Positions 19,791-30,000 of a stretch of 52,150 bases of DNA are shown here, piece after piece (position 1 is the stretch's first letter; each line of letters begins with the position of its first letter). The notes below the pieces were generated by a model that saw only the letters and a list, made by a program, of their open reading frames with translations, searched no databases and was not told the DNA's origin. Source of the DNA: a bacterium (GTDB lineage Bacteria > Krumholzibacteriota > Krumholzibacteriia > G020349025); the NCBI GenBank assembly GCA_031362565.1, contig JANLSU010000123.1:1-52150 (forward strand), in the 5' to 3' direction. The translations under genes were made by a program, and so were the position numbers.

Positions 19791-20095
19791 TAGGAATCGT
19801 GCGCGGTGAGCCGCTGGTGCAGCGCCTCGTACCGGGCGTCGAGAAGGGTCCCCATTCGCGGCAGCAGCAATGCGTATCCAGCGGCTCCGACGGCCAAGGT
19901 CAAAGCCTCCACGCCAAGCAGCGTCCAGACTCCACGGCGCGTCAATGCGATGCCAATGGCGCACCCGAGTACGGCGGCCCCGCCGGCAGCAAGGCTCCCC
20001 AACACTCCACCGGACTGTTCGCTGCGATGGCGTGTTCGGAGCGCGTTTCGGGTTCGCCATCCATAGAGTCGGCGCTCCGCAACCTGGGCCGCCAC
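19790..20095 (-). CDS. Small two-TM hypothetical protein or gene remnant
   Basis: Two hydrophobic segments. Starts just downstream of the lpdA stop. No clear RBS. Confidence 0.3.
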   Translation of the reverse strand: MAAQVAERRLYGWRTRNALRTRHRSEQSGGVLGSLAAGGAAVLGCAIGIALTRRGVWTLLGVEALTLAVGAAGYALLLPRMGTLLDARYEALHQRLTAHDS

Positions 20096-20113
20096 GCTGC
20101 GGCCGCGAACGTT

Positions 20114-21523
20114 TCAAGAATGAATCGAGGTGCCGAAAACCGCCTCGGCGGCTTCCTTGATCCCTTCATGCACCGTTGGATGTGCGTGCTGCATCGCCAG
20201 GAACTCGTCGATGGTCGCTTCGCTCGTGAGCGCCATCGTGGCCTCGGCGATCATCTCGGTGGCGCGCGGCCCGACAATGTGCACGCCCAACACTTCGCCA
20301 TACTTGGCATCGGCGACAATTTTCACGATGCCGGCGGGCTCGTCCAAAATAAGCACCCGGCCCAAGACTCCCAGCGGGAACTTGCCGACTTTGACGTCGT
20401 ACCCCAGCTCGCGGGCCTTGGCTTCGGTGTAACCGACGCTCGCCACTTCCGGGTCGCAGTAGGTGCAATTCGGCGTGTGCTCATAGCGGATCGGGTGTGC
20501 CGGCTTGCCGGCGATGACCTCGGCCACGAGCACACCTTCCTGCGATGCCGTATGCGCATAGCCGGGAGTCGGCACCAAGTCGCCGATCGCGAAGATATTG
20601 GGCACACTCGTGCGCATGTGATCGTCCACCACGACGAAGCCGCGGTCCAGCTTCACGCCGGCCTGTTCGTAGCCCAGCCCGTCGCTCACGGGCCGGCGGC
20701 CGACCGCGACCAGCAGCTTGTCGGCCTCCCAGGTGACTTCGCCACCCTTGGCATTGCGCGCGAACACCTTGACGCCCTGCGCCGTCTTTTCCACTTTTTC
20801 GAACTTCGTGCTCGTGTAAATGTCGATCTTCTGTTTCTTGAGCGCGCGCTCGAGTTCCTTCGAGGTATCGGCATCCTCGACCGGCACGACGCGATCCATC
20901 AACTCGACGACCGTCACCTTGGTGCCGAACCGGTTGTACGCGCACGCGAACTCCACCCCTACGGCCCCGGCGCCCAGGACCACCATCGACTGCGGCACGG
21001 ACTGCAATTCGAGGACGTGATCGCTGTTGATGACGCGTTCACCGTCGACTTCGAGCCCCGGAAGGCTGCGCGGGACGGAGCCGGTTGCGAGCAGAATGTT
21101 ATTGCCGCGCAAAGTGACGGTCGTGCCATCGGGCTTTTTCACTTCGACTGCATCGCGCCCCGCCAGCCGGCCGAGCCCCTGCACCGTGTCGACCTTGTTC
21201 TTCTTGAGCAGGCCCTCGACACCCTTGGCCAGCTTCTTGATGATGTCACCCTTGCGCAGTTGCACCCTCGAAAAATCGAGCCGCACGTTGTCCGCGACAA
21301 CACCGTGCACGAGACCGTGTAGTGCCTGATGGAACACCGCCGCATCGTGCAGTAGCGCCTTGGCAGGAATGCAGCCGCGGTGCAAACACGTTCCGCCGAA
21401 GAAGGGGTCCTTCTCGACGAGCGCCACCTTGAGACCGAGCTGACCGGCGCGAATCGCGCCGACGTAGCCACCCGGGCCGCTGCCCACCACGATCAGGTCG
21501 TAGACCACATTCGCGTCTGCCAC
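20114..21523 (-). CDS. lpdA: Dihydrolipoyl dehydrogenase (E3)
   Basis: GSGPGGY FAD motif, redox disulfide GGTCLHRGCIP, GAGAVG NAD motif, HAHPTVHE. GGAGG RBS before GTG 21523. Confidence 0.95.
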   Translation of the reverse strand: MADANVVYDLIVVGSGPGGYVGAIRAGQLGLKVALVEKDPFFGGTCLHRGCIPAKALLHDAAVFHQALHGLVHGVVADNVRLDFSRVQLRKGDIIKKLAKGVEGLLKKNKVDTVQGLGRLAGRDAVEVKKPDGTTVTLRGNNILLATGSVPRSLPGLEVDGERVINSDHVLELQSVPQSMVVLGAGAVGVEFACAYNRFGTKVTVVELMDRVVPVEDADTSKELERALKKQKIDIYTSTKFEKVEKTAQGVKVFARNAKGGEVTWEADKLLVAVGRRPVSDGLGYEQAGVKLDRGFVVVDDHMRTSVPNIFAIGDLVPTPGYAHTASQEGVLVAEVIAGKPAHPIRYEHTPNCTYCDPEVASVGYTEAKARELGYDVKVGKFPLGVLGRVLILDEPAGIVKIVADAKYGEVLGVHIVGPRATEMIAEATMALTSEATIDEFLAMQHAHPTVHEGIKEAAEAVFGTSIHS

Positions 21524-21898
21524 GAAATTCCTCCGAAGGGAGCGTTCACAAAGGCGCGTGCGTGCGGAGCGGTGTGGACCGCGGCGATGGCACGTGCAAA
21601 GCGGGAAGTCGAAGCCGGCCGCCGCCGCAACTACTGCGGCGGCCGGATCGGAGGCAGGTGGGCCCACTCGCGAATCGCGCGCGGCCCGCTGGCGCTCGCC
21701 TGCCAAGCGGTTCGACGGTAACAGAGGTGCGCGGCCCGGTCAACCGAGGCGCGGCGCCCCCGTCGACGTATTCCGTACAAGCACGATATGCTACCGGCGC
21801 CATTCCGCCTGCGGACGTGCTGGACTGCCACCGGCCGCTCGCCGCTCGTGGGTCGCGACCCGGGGTGTCGCAACGAGCGAGACGAGGGTTTGCGTCGC

Positions 21899-23485
21899 AT
21901 GGAACAACATCTCCAAGCGCCACAGCGAACCGCCGGACGTCCGGTCGTGGGCGGCAGCGTGCGCATCGGCATCGGTGCCGATCCGGAATCGCTCCTGCCC
22001 TACGCATCGTCCCTGGCGACCAGTACCGACATGCAGGGATTCCTGTTCCTGCAACTTGCCGAAGTCAGTTCCAACCTCAGCGGATTCGAACCACGTCTTG
22101 CGGCCGAGTGGGAATGGAGCGCCGATCACCTCGGTCTCGAGGTGCGGTTGCGATCTGGTTTGCGCTGGAGCGATGGGGCCGATCTCACCGCCGACGACAT
22201 CTGTTTCAGTTTCGAGGTAGCGCGCGATGCGCGTGTCGGCTGGCAAGGCGGCGCTTGGAAAGCGCACATCGAAACCTGCGAGCGTCTCGACGCGGAGCGG
22301 GTGCGTTTCGTATTCGCGACCGTCTATCCCGATCAATTCATGGATGCCAATGCGGGCTTCATTGTGCCGGCACATCGTCTGCGGCATGTGGCGCGTGAGC
22401 AGTGGGCCCGGGCGAGCGATGCCCGGCAGCCGGTCGGCTGCGGCCCCTTCCGGCTCGCAGCCTGGGAACCGAGCGTGCGGCTCGTGTTCGAACGCAATCC
22501 TTACTACCTCGGAGCCCGGCGGCCATATCTCGAACAGGTCGAATTGGTCGTGATCGCCGATCCACTCGAACGCGTGCAGGCACTGCGCGATGGCCGCATC
22601 GATTTCCTGCCGCAAGTCCCCGAAACCGCCGCGGCCGATTTGCGGACTGCAGCCGCGGCCGGCACAAGTGACGTTGTCGTACACAGCGTGCGCGGCCGCC
22701 AATATGATTTCGTCTGTTACAACCCGCACCATCCGGCACTGGCCGAGCGCGACGTGCGCCGGGCTTTGGCATTGGCGGTCGATCGCGACGCCATCATCCG
22801 TACCTTTTGTTCCGGCTTCGCGGAGATCTTCGAGAGCCCCATGGTGCCCATTCTTTGGGCGTATGACGCGGATGCGCCACTGACGCCCTACGACCCGCGC
22901 CTGGGGCGCGAACTGCTCGATGCCTGCGGATTTCGGACCGGACCGGACGGCGTTCGCAGCCGCGATGGCGTGCGGCTCGAGTTCGAACTCGCGACCAACG
23001 CCGACAGCGCCCGCCGCACCGGCGCCGCCGAAGCACTGGTGGCCTATTGGCGCGTCGTCGGTGTGCAGGCGCACCTGCGATTAGAAGAGCGCGGTGCGCT
23101 GCTCGCGCGGCTCGATGCCCGCCAGTACGAGGCCGCGCTGTCGGGATGGCGCGCGCGGCTCAAGCCGGACCTGGAGCCGATGTGGGGCACGTCGAGCGTC
23201 GGCGGCAAGACCAACCGCGTCGACTACAGCAACCCGGAGGTCGATCGCTTGAATGCCGAAGCATTGCGGTGCCCCGACGTCGGACAAGCGCGATCGCTCT
23301 TCGCACGCGCCCAGCGACTCGTCGCCGCCGACCATCCCTACACGTGGCTATACTACTTGCACGACGTCGCGGCAACGCGCAACTGTCTGCATGGAGCGGT
23401 GATCGATGCACGCAGCGTGTTCCACGAGCCGCAGGACTGGTGGATGACACCGGCCCGTCTTACGCCCTCCACCCGGCGCGACTAA
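21899..23485 (+). CDS. Family 5 (peptide/nickel-type) ABC substrate-binding protein, orphan, no evident signal peptide
   Basis: LAAEWEWS, LRSGLRWSDGADLTADD, PVGCGPF, RNPYY, VRRALALAVDR, YSNPEVD. No permease or ATPase genes adjacent. Confidence 0.8.
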   Translation: MEQHLQAPQRTAGRPVVGGSVRIGIGADPESLLPYASSLATSTDMQGFLFLQLAEVSSNLSGFEPRLAAEWEWSADHLGLEVRLRSGLRWSDGADLTADDICFSFEVARDARVGWQGGAWKAHIETCERLDAERVRFVFATVYPDQFMDANAGFIVPAHRLRHVAREQWARASDARQPVGCGPFRLAAWEPSVRLVFERNPYYLGARRPYLEQVELVVIADPLERVQALRDGRIDFLPQVPETAAADLRTAAAAGTSDVVVHSVRGRQYDFVCYNPHHPALAERDVRRALALAVDRDAIIRTFCSGFAEIFESPMVPILWAYDADAPLTPYDPRLGRELLDACGFRTGPDGVRSRDGVRLEFELATNADSARRTGAAEALVAYWRVVGVQAHLRLEERGALLARLDARQYEAALSGWRARLKPDLEPMWGTSSVGGKTNRVDYSNPEVDRLNAEALRCPDVGQARSLFARAQRLVAADHPYTWLYYLHDVAATRNCLHGAVIDARSVFHEPQDWWMTPARLTPSTRRD

Positions 23486-23524
23486 GCTCGCGACGGCGGC
23501 TTCGCGCCCAGCGATCGGAAATGC

Positions 23525-25645
23525 ATGTCGTCATTGGATGCCCTCTTCGCACCGCGCTCGGTCGCCATCATCGGCGCGTCCAGCAAGCGCGGCTCGCTCG
23601 GCCGCGAGATTCTGCACAACATGATCGAATACGAATTCAACGGCACGATCTTTCCGGTGAATCCGCATGCCAAATTCATCCATTCGATCAAGTGTTATCC
23701 GGCCATCGAGGCGGTGCCGGACGAGGTCGATCTTGCAGTCGTCGTCGTGCCGGCCGGCGCCGTACTCGACATCGCGCGCCAGTGCGGCCGCAAAGGCGTC
23801 AAGGGCTTGGTCGTCATCAGCGCCGGGTTCAAGGAAACCGGTGCCGAGGGTGCCGAACGCGAACGCGAGCTGGTGCAGACCGTGCGCGATCATGGCATGC
23901 GGCTCATCGGACCCAACTGCATGGGTGTTTTCTCGACCCACCCCGCGGTGCGTCTGAACGCCACCTTCGCCCCGACGCTGCCGGTCGAAGGCGACATCGC
24001 GTTCATGAGCCAGAGCGGTGCCATGGGAGTGGCGATCCTGAACGCGTCGGCGCGCCTCAACATCGGCTTCTCGGCGTTCGCCAGCGTCGGCAACAAGGCC
24101 GACGTCTCGGGCAACGACCTGCTGACGTACTGGGAGAACGACGAGCGCGCCCGGGTCATCGGTTTGTACTTGGAGTCGTTCGGTAATCCACGTCGCTTTA
24201 CGCGCCTTGCCAAACGGATTTCGCGCCGGAAGCCCATCGTCGCGGTGAAGTCCGGGCGCACCGCGGCCGGGGCCCGCGCCGCGACGTCGCACACCGGGTC
24301 CATTGCCGGCGGCGAGACCGCGGTCGACGCACTCTTGCGCCAGTGCGGCGTCGTACGCGCCGAGTCCATCGGCGATATGCTCGACATCATGACCGCGTTC
24401 AGCCGCTGTCCGCTCCCGAACGGCAATCGGGTGGCGGTGCTGACGAATGCCGGCGGACCCGGCATCATGGCGACCGACTCGCTGCTCTCGCATGGAATGC
24501 GGCTCGCCAGCCTGGCGCCTGAAACGACGGAGCATCTGCGCGCCTTTCTGCCGGCCGAGGCCAGCCTGCAGAACCCGGTCGACATGATCGCTTCGGCGCG
24601 CGCCGAGGACTATCGCCGTGGGCTCGAAGTGCTCTTGGTGGACCCCAACGTCGACTTGGCGATCGTGGTGTTCGTGCCGCCGCACGTGATCGTGCCGGAT
24701 GACGTGGCCGATTCGATCACCGAGGTCGCGCGCCATCATGCCAAGCCCGTGCTGTCGGTGTTCATGGCCAAGGAAGAGTTCTACGAAGGCCTGCCGCGCC
24801 GGCATCCACATGCGCCACCAATCTATCGCTACACGGAGTCGGCGGCGCGTGCCGCGGTCGAGCTGTACCAGTACAAGCGCTGGCAGGAACGGCCGGCCGG
24901 CCAAGTCCGCACGTTCGAGGTGCGCCACGACGTTGCGGCGCGCCAAGTCGAGTCGATGCTGGAGCGCGGCGGCGGTTGGATGGCACAGGAAGACGCCTTC
25001 GCACTCCTGAATGCGTACGGCATACCGGTGGCGCCGGTCGTCCGGGTACGCAATGCCGTCGAAGCCGCGACTGCCGCCGAGCGCCTCGGCTACCCGGTGG
25101 TCCTCAAAGTCGCGGACCCACGCGTCGTCCACAAATCGGACGTCGACGGTGTAGTGCTGGGTCTGGAATCGGCCGAAGAAGTGAGCCGCGCCGTGGACAG
25201 CATGCGGGCAGCGATCGGCCGTGCGACCGGCTTCGAGGATGTCGAGGCCTTCGTCGTGCAACGGCAGGCGAAGGCGCTGCGCGAAGTCATCCTCGGCATC
25301 ACGCTCGATCCACTCTTTGGCCCGCTGCTGGCGTTTGGTTCGGGCGGCCGGGCGGTCGAAGTCTTCAAGGACGTCGCATATCGCGTCCTGCCGGTCACCG
25401 ACGCCGACGCACACGACATGGTGCGCTCCATCAAAGGGTATCCGCTGCTGCGGGGGTTCCGTGGTGAGAGCCCGGTCGATCTCGACTGCGCCGAGGAAAT
25501 GCTGCTGCGCCTCGCACAGCTCGTGTCCGATTTCGACTGCATCGAAGAGATGGACGTGAACCCATTCCTGCTCGCACCACAGCGCGCCGACTGCGTCGCG
25601 GTCGACGTCCGCATTCGAATCGGCCCGCGACGCGACGATTCCTGA
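23525..25645 (+). CDS. ADP-forming acetate/acyl-CoA ligase, fused alpha-beta
   Basis: PRSVAIIGAS, GPNCMG, SQSGA, GNKAD, phospho-His SHTG, TNAGGPG, NPVD, ATP-grasp YPVVLK/HKSD, EMDVNP. No GNAT domain. Confidence 0.88.
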   Translation: MSSLDALFAPRSVAIIGASSKRGSLGREILHNMIEYEFNGTIFPVNPHAKFIHSIKCYPAIEAVPDEVDLAVVVVPAGAVLDIARQCGRKGVKGLVVISAGFKETGAEGAERERELVQTVRDHGMRLIGPNCMGVFSTHPAVRLNATFAPTLPVEGDIAFMSQSGAMGVAILNASARLNIGFSAFASVGNKADVSGNDLLTYWENDERARVIGLYLESFGNPRRFTRLAKRISRRKPIVAVKSGRTAAGARAATSHTGSIAGGETAVDALLRQCGVVRAESIGDMLDIMTAFSRCPLPNGNRVAVLTNAGGPGIMATDSLLSHGMRLASLAPETTEHLRAFLPAEASLQNPVDMIASARAEDYRRGLEVLLVDPNVDLAIVVFVPPHVIVPDDVADSITEVARHHAKPVLSVFMAKEEFYEGLPRRHPHAPPIYRYTESAARAAVELYQYKRWQERPAGQVRTFEVRHDVAARQVESMLERGGGWMAQEDAFALLNAYGIPVAPVVRVRNAVEAATAAERLGYPVVLKVADPRVVHKSDVDGVVLGLESAEEVSRAVDSMRAAIGRATGFEDVEAFVVQRQAKALREVILGITLDPLFGPLLAFGSGGRAVEVFKDVAYRVLPVTDADAHDMVRSIKGYPLLRGFRGESPVDLDCAEEMLLRLAQLVSDFDCIEEMDVNPFLLAPQRADCVAVDVRIRIGPRRDDS

Positions 25646-25967
25646 CGCCATTCCGTGCCCATCTCGTTCGAGACACGATCGCGTGCACTTGTGGCGCGCG
25701 ATTCCAAACACTGACTTAGTCTGGAACGGCACGCCGCGAGATGGCGCGGCGCGGCGCGCGATCGCCCCACGTTGCACATCGTGACGCGTACATCTTCGGC
25801 GCCGGTTGGAAGCGAGTTTTGCTTGATGATCGTGGGGAGCCGCGGTTACTTTGGCGCGGCGTTTCAGGGGCATGAGGCGGGACTCGCAGGACGAATACCG
25901 TGCGGACTCGGACTGCGGATCGCACGATCGTGAGCGGGACACGGCGACGACGTGGAGAGGGGTTGGA

Positions 25968-26888
25968 ATGGCGCTGCGGAATCGGTGGCTCGGAATTGCT
26001 TGTTGTGCCTTGATATTGACGGTGCTGGGGACCACCAGTGCCGAAGCGCGTAACGCGCGCCGCCACCGGCGTTCGCCACGCGTCGCTGCCGCGCGTCCCT
26101 CGTGGCTCGAATCGCGTTCCGCGATCGTTCTCGATGGCCGCACGGGCGAAGCGCTTTTCGAGCGCCAGCCGGATGTGCACATGTATCCAGCCAGCACGAC
26201 CAAGGTGCTGACCGCGCTGGTCGCGATCGAGAGCGGGCGCCTCGACGAAGTCGTCGTCATCCAATCCAGCGATATCGCAGTGTCACCGAGCAGCATCCAG
26301 CTCCGCGCCGGCGAGCGGATGACACTCCGCGACCTCGTGTACGGGCTTTTGTTGCGCTCCGGCAACGATGCCGCACTGGCCATCGCACGCCACGTCGGCC
26401 ACGAGGACCGCACTAATTTCTACGAAATGATGAACGAGAGGGCAGCCGCGATCGGCTGCACCGACTCGCACTTCACGAACCCGCACGGATTGCCGGACCG
26501 GAATCACTACACGACCGCGCGTGATCTCGGCCGGATCATGGTGTATGCCATGAAGAACCCCGAGTTTCGGCGCGTCACGGGCACGCAACGCTACATCGCG
26601 AACAGTTCGGGGCGGACACGGGTGTTCGTGAACAAGAACAAGTTGCTGCGCACCTACCCGGGCACGACCGGTGGCAAACCAGGCTACACGTGTGCCGCGC
26701 AACAGACCCTGGTGGCTTCGGCGAAGCGCAGCGACCGCGAACTGGTGGTCGTGTGTTTGCACAGCGCCGGGCGCGCACTCTGGAGCGATGCGACCCACCT
26801 GTTCGACTTTGGTTTCGATCGCCTCGGCCTGCGCACCGACGCGAACGAGCGCACCGAGCCCCGCGCCATGGCATCGCTCACGCCCTGA
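25968..26888 (+). CDS. D-alanyl-D-alanine carboxypeptidase, peptidase S11
   Basis: Signal peptide. SxxK (ASTTK), SxN (SGNDAA), FTNPHGL, TTARD. Third motif reads KPG instead of KTG. Confidence 0.85.
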   Translation: MALRNRWLGIACCALILTVLGTTSAEARNARRHRRSPRVAAARPSWLESRSAIVLDGRTGEALFERQPDVHMYPASTTKVLTALVAIESGRLDEVVVIQSSDIAVSPSSIQLRAGERMTLRDLVYGLLLRSGNDAALAIARHVGHEDRTNFYEMMNERAAAIGCTDSHFTNPHGLPDRNHYTTARDLGRIMVYAMKNPEFRRVTGTQRYIANSSGRTRVFVNKNKLLRTYPGTTGGKPGYTCAAQQTLVASAKRSDRELVVVCLHSAGRALWSDATHLFDFGFDRLGLRTDANERTEPRAMASLTP

Positions 26889-27001
26889 CTCGACGGGCGC
26901 ATTACGGCTCGCGACTCGCTTCCTGTGATACTCTCGGCCTCGTCGGCGCGGTTTTCCCACCGCACCGGCGAGGCCGTTTTCTCACCGGAGGCCTTCCCCT
27001 C

Positions 27002-30000
27002 GTGGAGTCCGGACAGGTCCTTGCCGGCCGCTACCTCGTCCAGAATCGCATCGGCAAAGGCCAAGGCGGGGTCGTCTATGCGTGCCTCGACACCCAGACC
27101 AATACCCGCGTCGCGATCAAAACGCACGCGACGCAGCGCCCCGGCATGTTCGACATCGAGCGCACCGCGCTCCGGGCTCTCGAACACCCACACTTGCTTC
27201 GCATGCTGGACGCCGGCATTGATGGCACGACGACTTTCGTGGTTTCGGAGCTTGCCTCGGGTGGGTCGCTCGAAGATTTGGCCAAGCCGCTCCCGCCGGA
27301 GATGCTGCGGACGCTCGCAGAGCAGCTCCTTCAAGCGCTTGGGTTTCTTCACGGTCAAGAGATTCTGCACGGCGACGTGAAAACCGAAAACATCTTGATC
27401 GCGTCGCTCGAGCGGCCGGTGTTCAAACTCGGCGATTTCGGCCTGGCACGCCGCACGAAGGACGCGGCGCTCGGGCTGCTTGGCGCCTCACCGGCGTTCA
27501 TGGCGCCGGAACTCATCCGCGGCAGCATCGCCGACGAACGAAGCGATCTCTACGCGCTCGGCATCACGCTCTACGAGTGTGCCTTCGGGGTCTTGCCGTT
27601 TGTCGACACGAATCCCAAAGCGCTGCAAATGCGCCACCTCACGGAGGAACCGCCGCACTTCGCTGCCGCACACGATTTGCCGTCGCGCTTCATCGAACTG
27701 CTCCGGAAACTGCTCGCAAAGGAACCGGCCGCGCGCCCATCCAATGCGCTCGAAGCTCTCGCCTACTGGCGCGGCGAGGAATCGGCGGTTCCACAGTGGG
27801 TGCCACAACGACTCGGAGTACTCATCGGGCGGGAACCGGAGTTGAGTGTTCTCGAGCAAGCGGCAGCGGAGCCCTTTGCCGTCGTCGCAATCGGCGGCCC
27901 ACCCGGTATCGGCAAGACCCGGCTCTTGCAGGAGCTGGCATTGCGACGTGAACTCCGCGGCACGCCGTCGTTCTGGTGGGGGCCGGATGGGTTGTCGGGA
28001 AAATTCGGTGCGTCGAGTTTGTTGGAGGAACGCCCCGTACAGACAGCGACGCTCGACAGCACCACGGATCGCGTCAAGGAGATGGCACTGCAACGCGCTG
28101 CGGCGTTGGCCGAGCGCCTCGGCACCGGCCCATGGGTTCTGATTCTCGATGACATCGACTCGGCCCCGGCCTGGTTCCACGATGCTGCGGGCTCGTTCGT
28201 GCGCGGTGCCGCATCAGACGACGGCACCGGCCGGCTCGTGTGCGTCAGCGGACGCGACCAAGCTCTCGAGTTGACTCGCTCCTGGCTCGAGGCAGGCGAA
28301 CTCGAGTCGCCTCGGGAAGTACGCCTCGAAGCCTGGGGTGACGAGGACTTGCACGGCGCGCTCTCGGCGCTCTTCGGTGCCCGGGCCGTCGACGCAGCAT
28401 TGGTGGCGGCGGTACGCGAGGCCTCGGGCGGTGTTCCGTCCGACGTCGAGGCCGCCGCGCAGCAACTCGTCGCGAAGCAACTCCTGCGCGTCGATCCTGC
28501 TGGAGCAATCACCGTCGCTCCCGACATCCGGCCGGACCAGCTCATCGGATCGGCCCGCACGTGGATTGCGGCCGCGCTCGAGTCTCGTACGGCTGCGGAG
28601 CGCAAACTCTTGAATGCCCTGGCGTTCCTCCGCAGCCCTGCGTCGATGGCGTTCTTGGAGCGGCTGGACGAAAATCCCGCCGCCAAACTCACGGCGCTCG
28701 TCCGGCACGGACTCGTGAGCGCGCAAACGATCGAAGACGTGCAGTATTACGCGGTCGTAAGCGCTGCGGTGCGAGCCGCGATCACGAAGCAGATCGCCAC
28801 AGAAGCACTCCGCAAGGGCCATGATCGAATCGCCGACGTCTTGGATGCGCACCCGAACTTGGCGCCGTCGGAGGACACCGATTTCCACCGGGCATCAGGT
28901 TCCGACCTGAAACGCGCTTACGTCGCCGTCGAGACGCTGGCCAGCCGCGCGCGCCCGGAAATCGTCGCGGACTTGTGCGGCACCTTGCTTGACGCTTGGC
29001 CAGCGGCGCACGACCCGGCCTCGCGAGTGCGAGTCATCCTCTGGCAGCTCGAGGCGTTGCGTCACCTAGGCGCGCTGGACGCCGTCGTGCGCCTGGGCGA
29101 GGCCGCGTTACCGTCAGCAACGGACCCAGAGATCGCTCAGGCAATTCGCAACCGCGTCGCCGAGGCACTGCTTTGCCGCGCGGAGTCGGAGCGAGCCCTC
29201 GAGTTGCTGGCAGTCGTTTCTCCGGGCCCCCTGGCCGCGGACGCGTCCGCGCTACGCGCCCGCGCGTTCTCGAACTTGGGACTGCACGCACGCGCGGCGA
29301 CAATTTGTGAAACCACCCTCAGAGCCATTTCACCTGAAAACCCGGCTTATGATGCGATCGTCGAAGCTTGGGCCCTCTCTTTGACCGATTTGGGTCGCGC
29401 TCGAGATGCCGAGGATCCGGTACGCGACCTGGTCCGACGGCGGGAGCCGGGCGGCCCTTCTCTTGCCGTCGCGACTCATGTCACGACTCTTGGAAATGTA
29501 GTTTTCTATCAGGGACGGTTTCGCGAGGCTGAAACGGTCTTCTTGCGCGCCCACTCGATGCTCGTAGCGCTCGGCGACCGGCTGGGCCTTGTTCGCGTCC
29601 TGAATGGTCTTGCGGCATCGACGGCTGAGCTCGGGCGATTCACGGAAGCCCGGAAGCGCCTCCTGGAAGCGATCCACCTGTGTCGCAGACTCGGCGATCC
29701 TGCAGCGCTCGCGTACAGCCACACCAACCTCGCGCACTTCAGTCTGCCGCTAGCTCGTTACGCCGAGGGCCTACAACACGCCGCTTCTGGCGAGCAACTG
29801 GCAGAGCGATTGAACGATCTTCCAAATCTGATTGGCGCGCGAAAGGGACGAGCGTGGATTTGGGCACGACTGGGGCAGGATGAACGGGCCGAGCAAGATG
29901 CTCGCTGGGTTCTAGGACAATCACCGGGCGGCATCGACGCAGGCCATGCCCTTATGACGCTCTTCGAGGTTGCTCTGAACCGTGAGACCCTTGATGTTGC

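Noticed and set aside
21588..21602. TGGCACG-TGCA-AAGC as a sixth sigma54 promoter
   Set aside because: Lacks the TT of the -12 element and lies about 300 nt from the next plus-strand start.
23531..26413. Long antisense or alternate-frame ORFs (e.g. 23531..26413 -, 47692..49944 -, 19748..21322 +, 5109..6803 +, 40976..42487 -)
   Set aside because: Shadow ORFs typical of high-GC DNA. They overlap genes with clear family motifs and have Arg/Ala-rich, motif-less translations.
9491..26922. Shared motif GAAGCGAGTCGCG at 9491-9503 (+) and 26910-26922 (-), partly also at 13-23
   Set aside because: An 11-13 nt GC-rich match is within chance expectation for this composition, and the flanks do not align.
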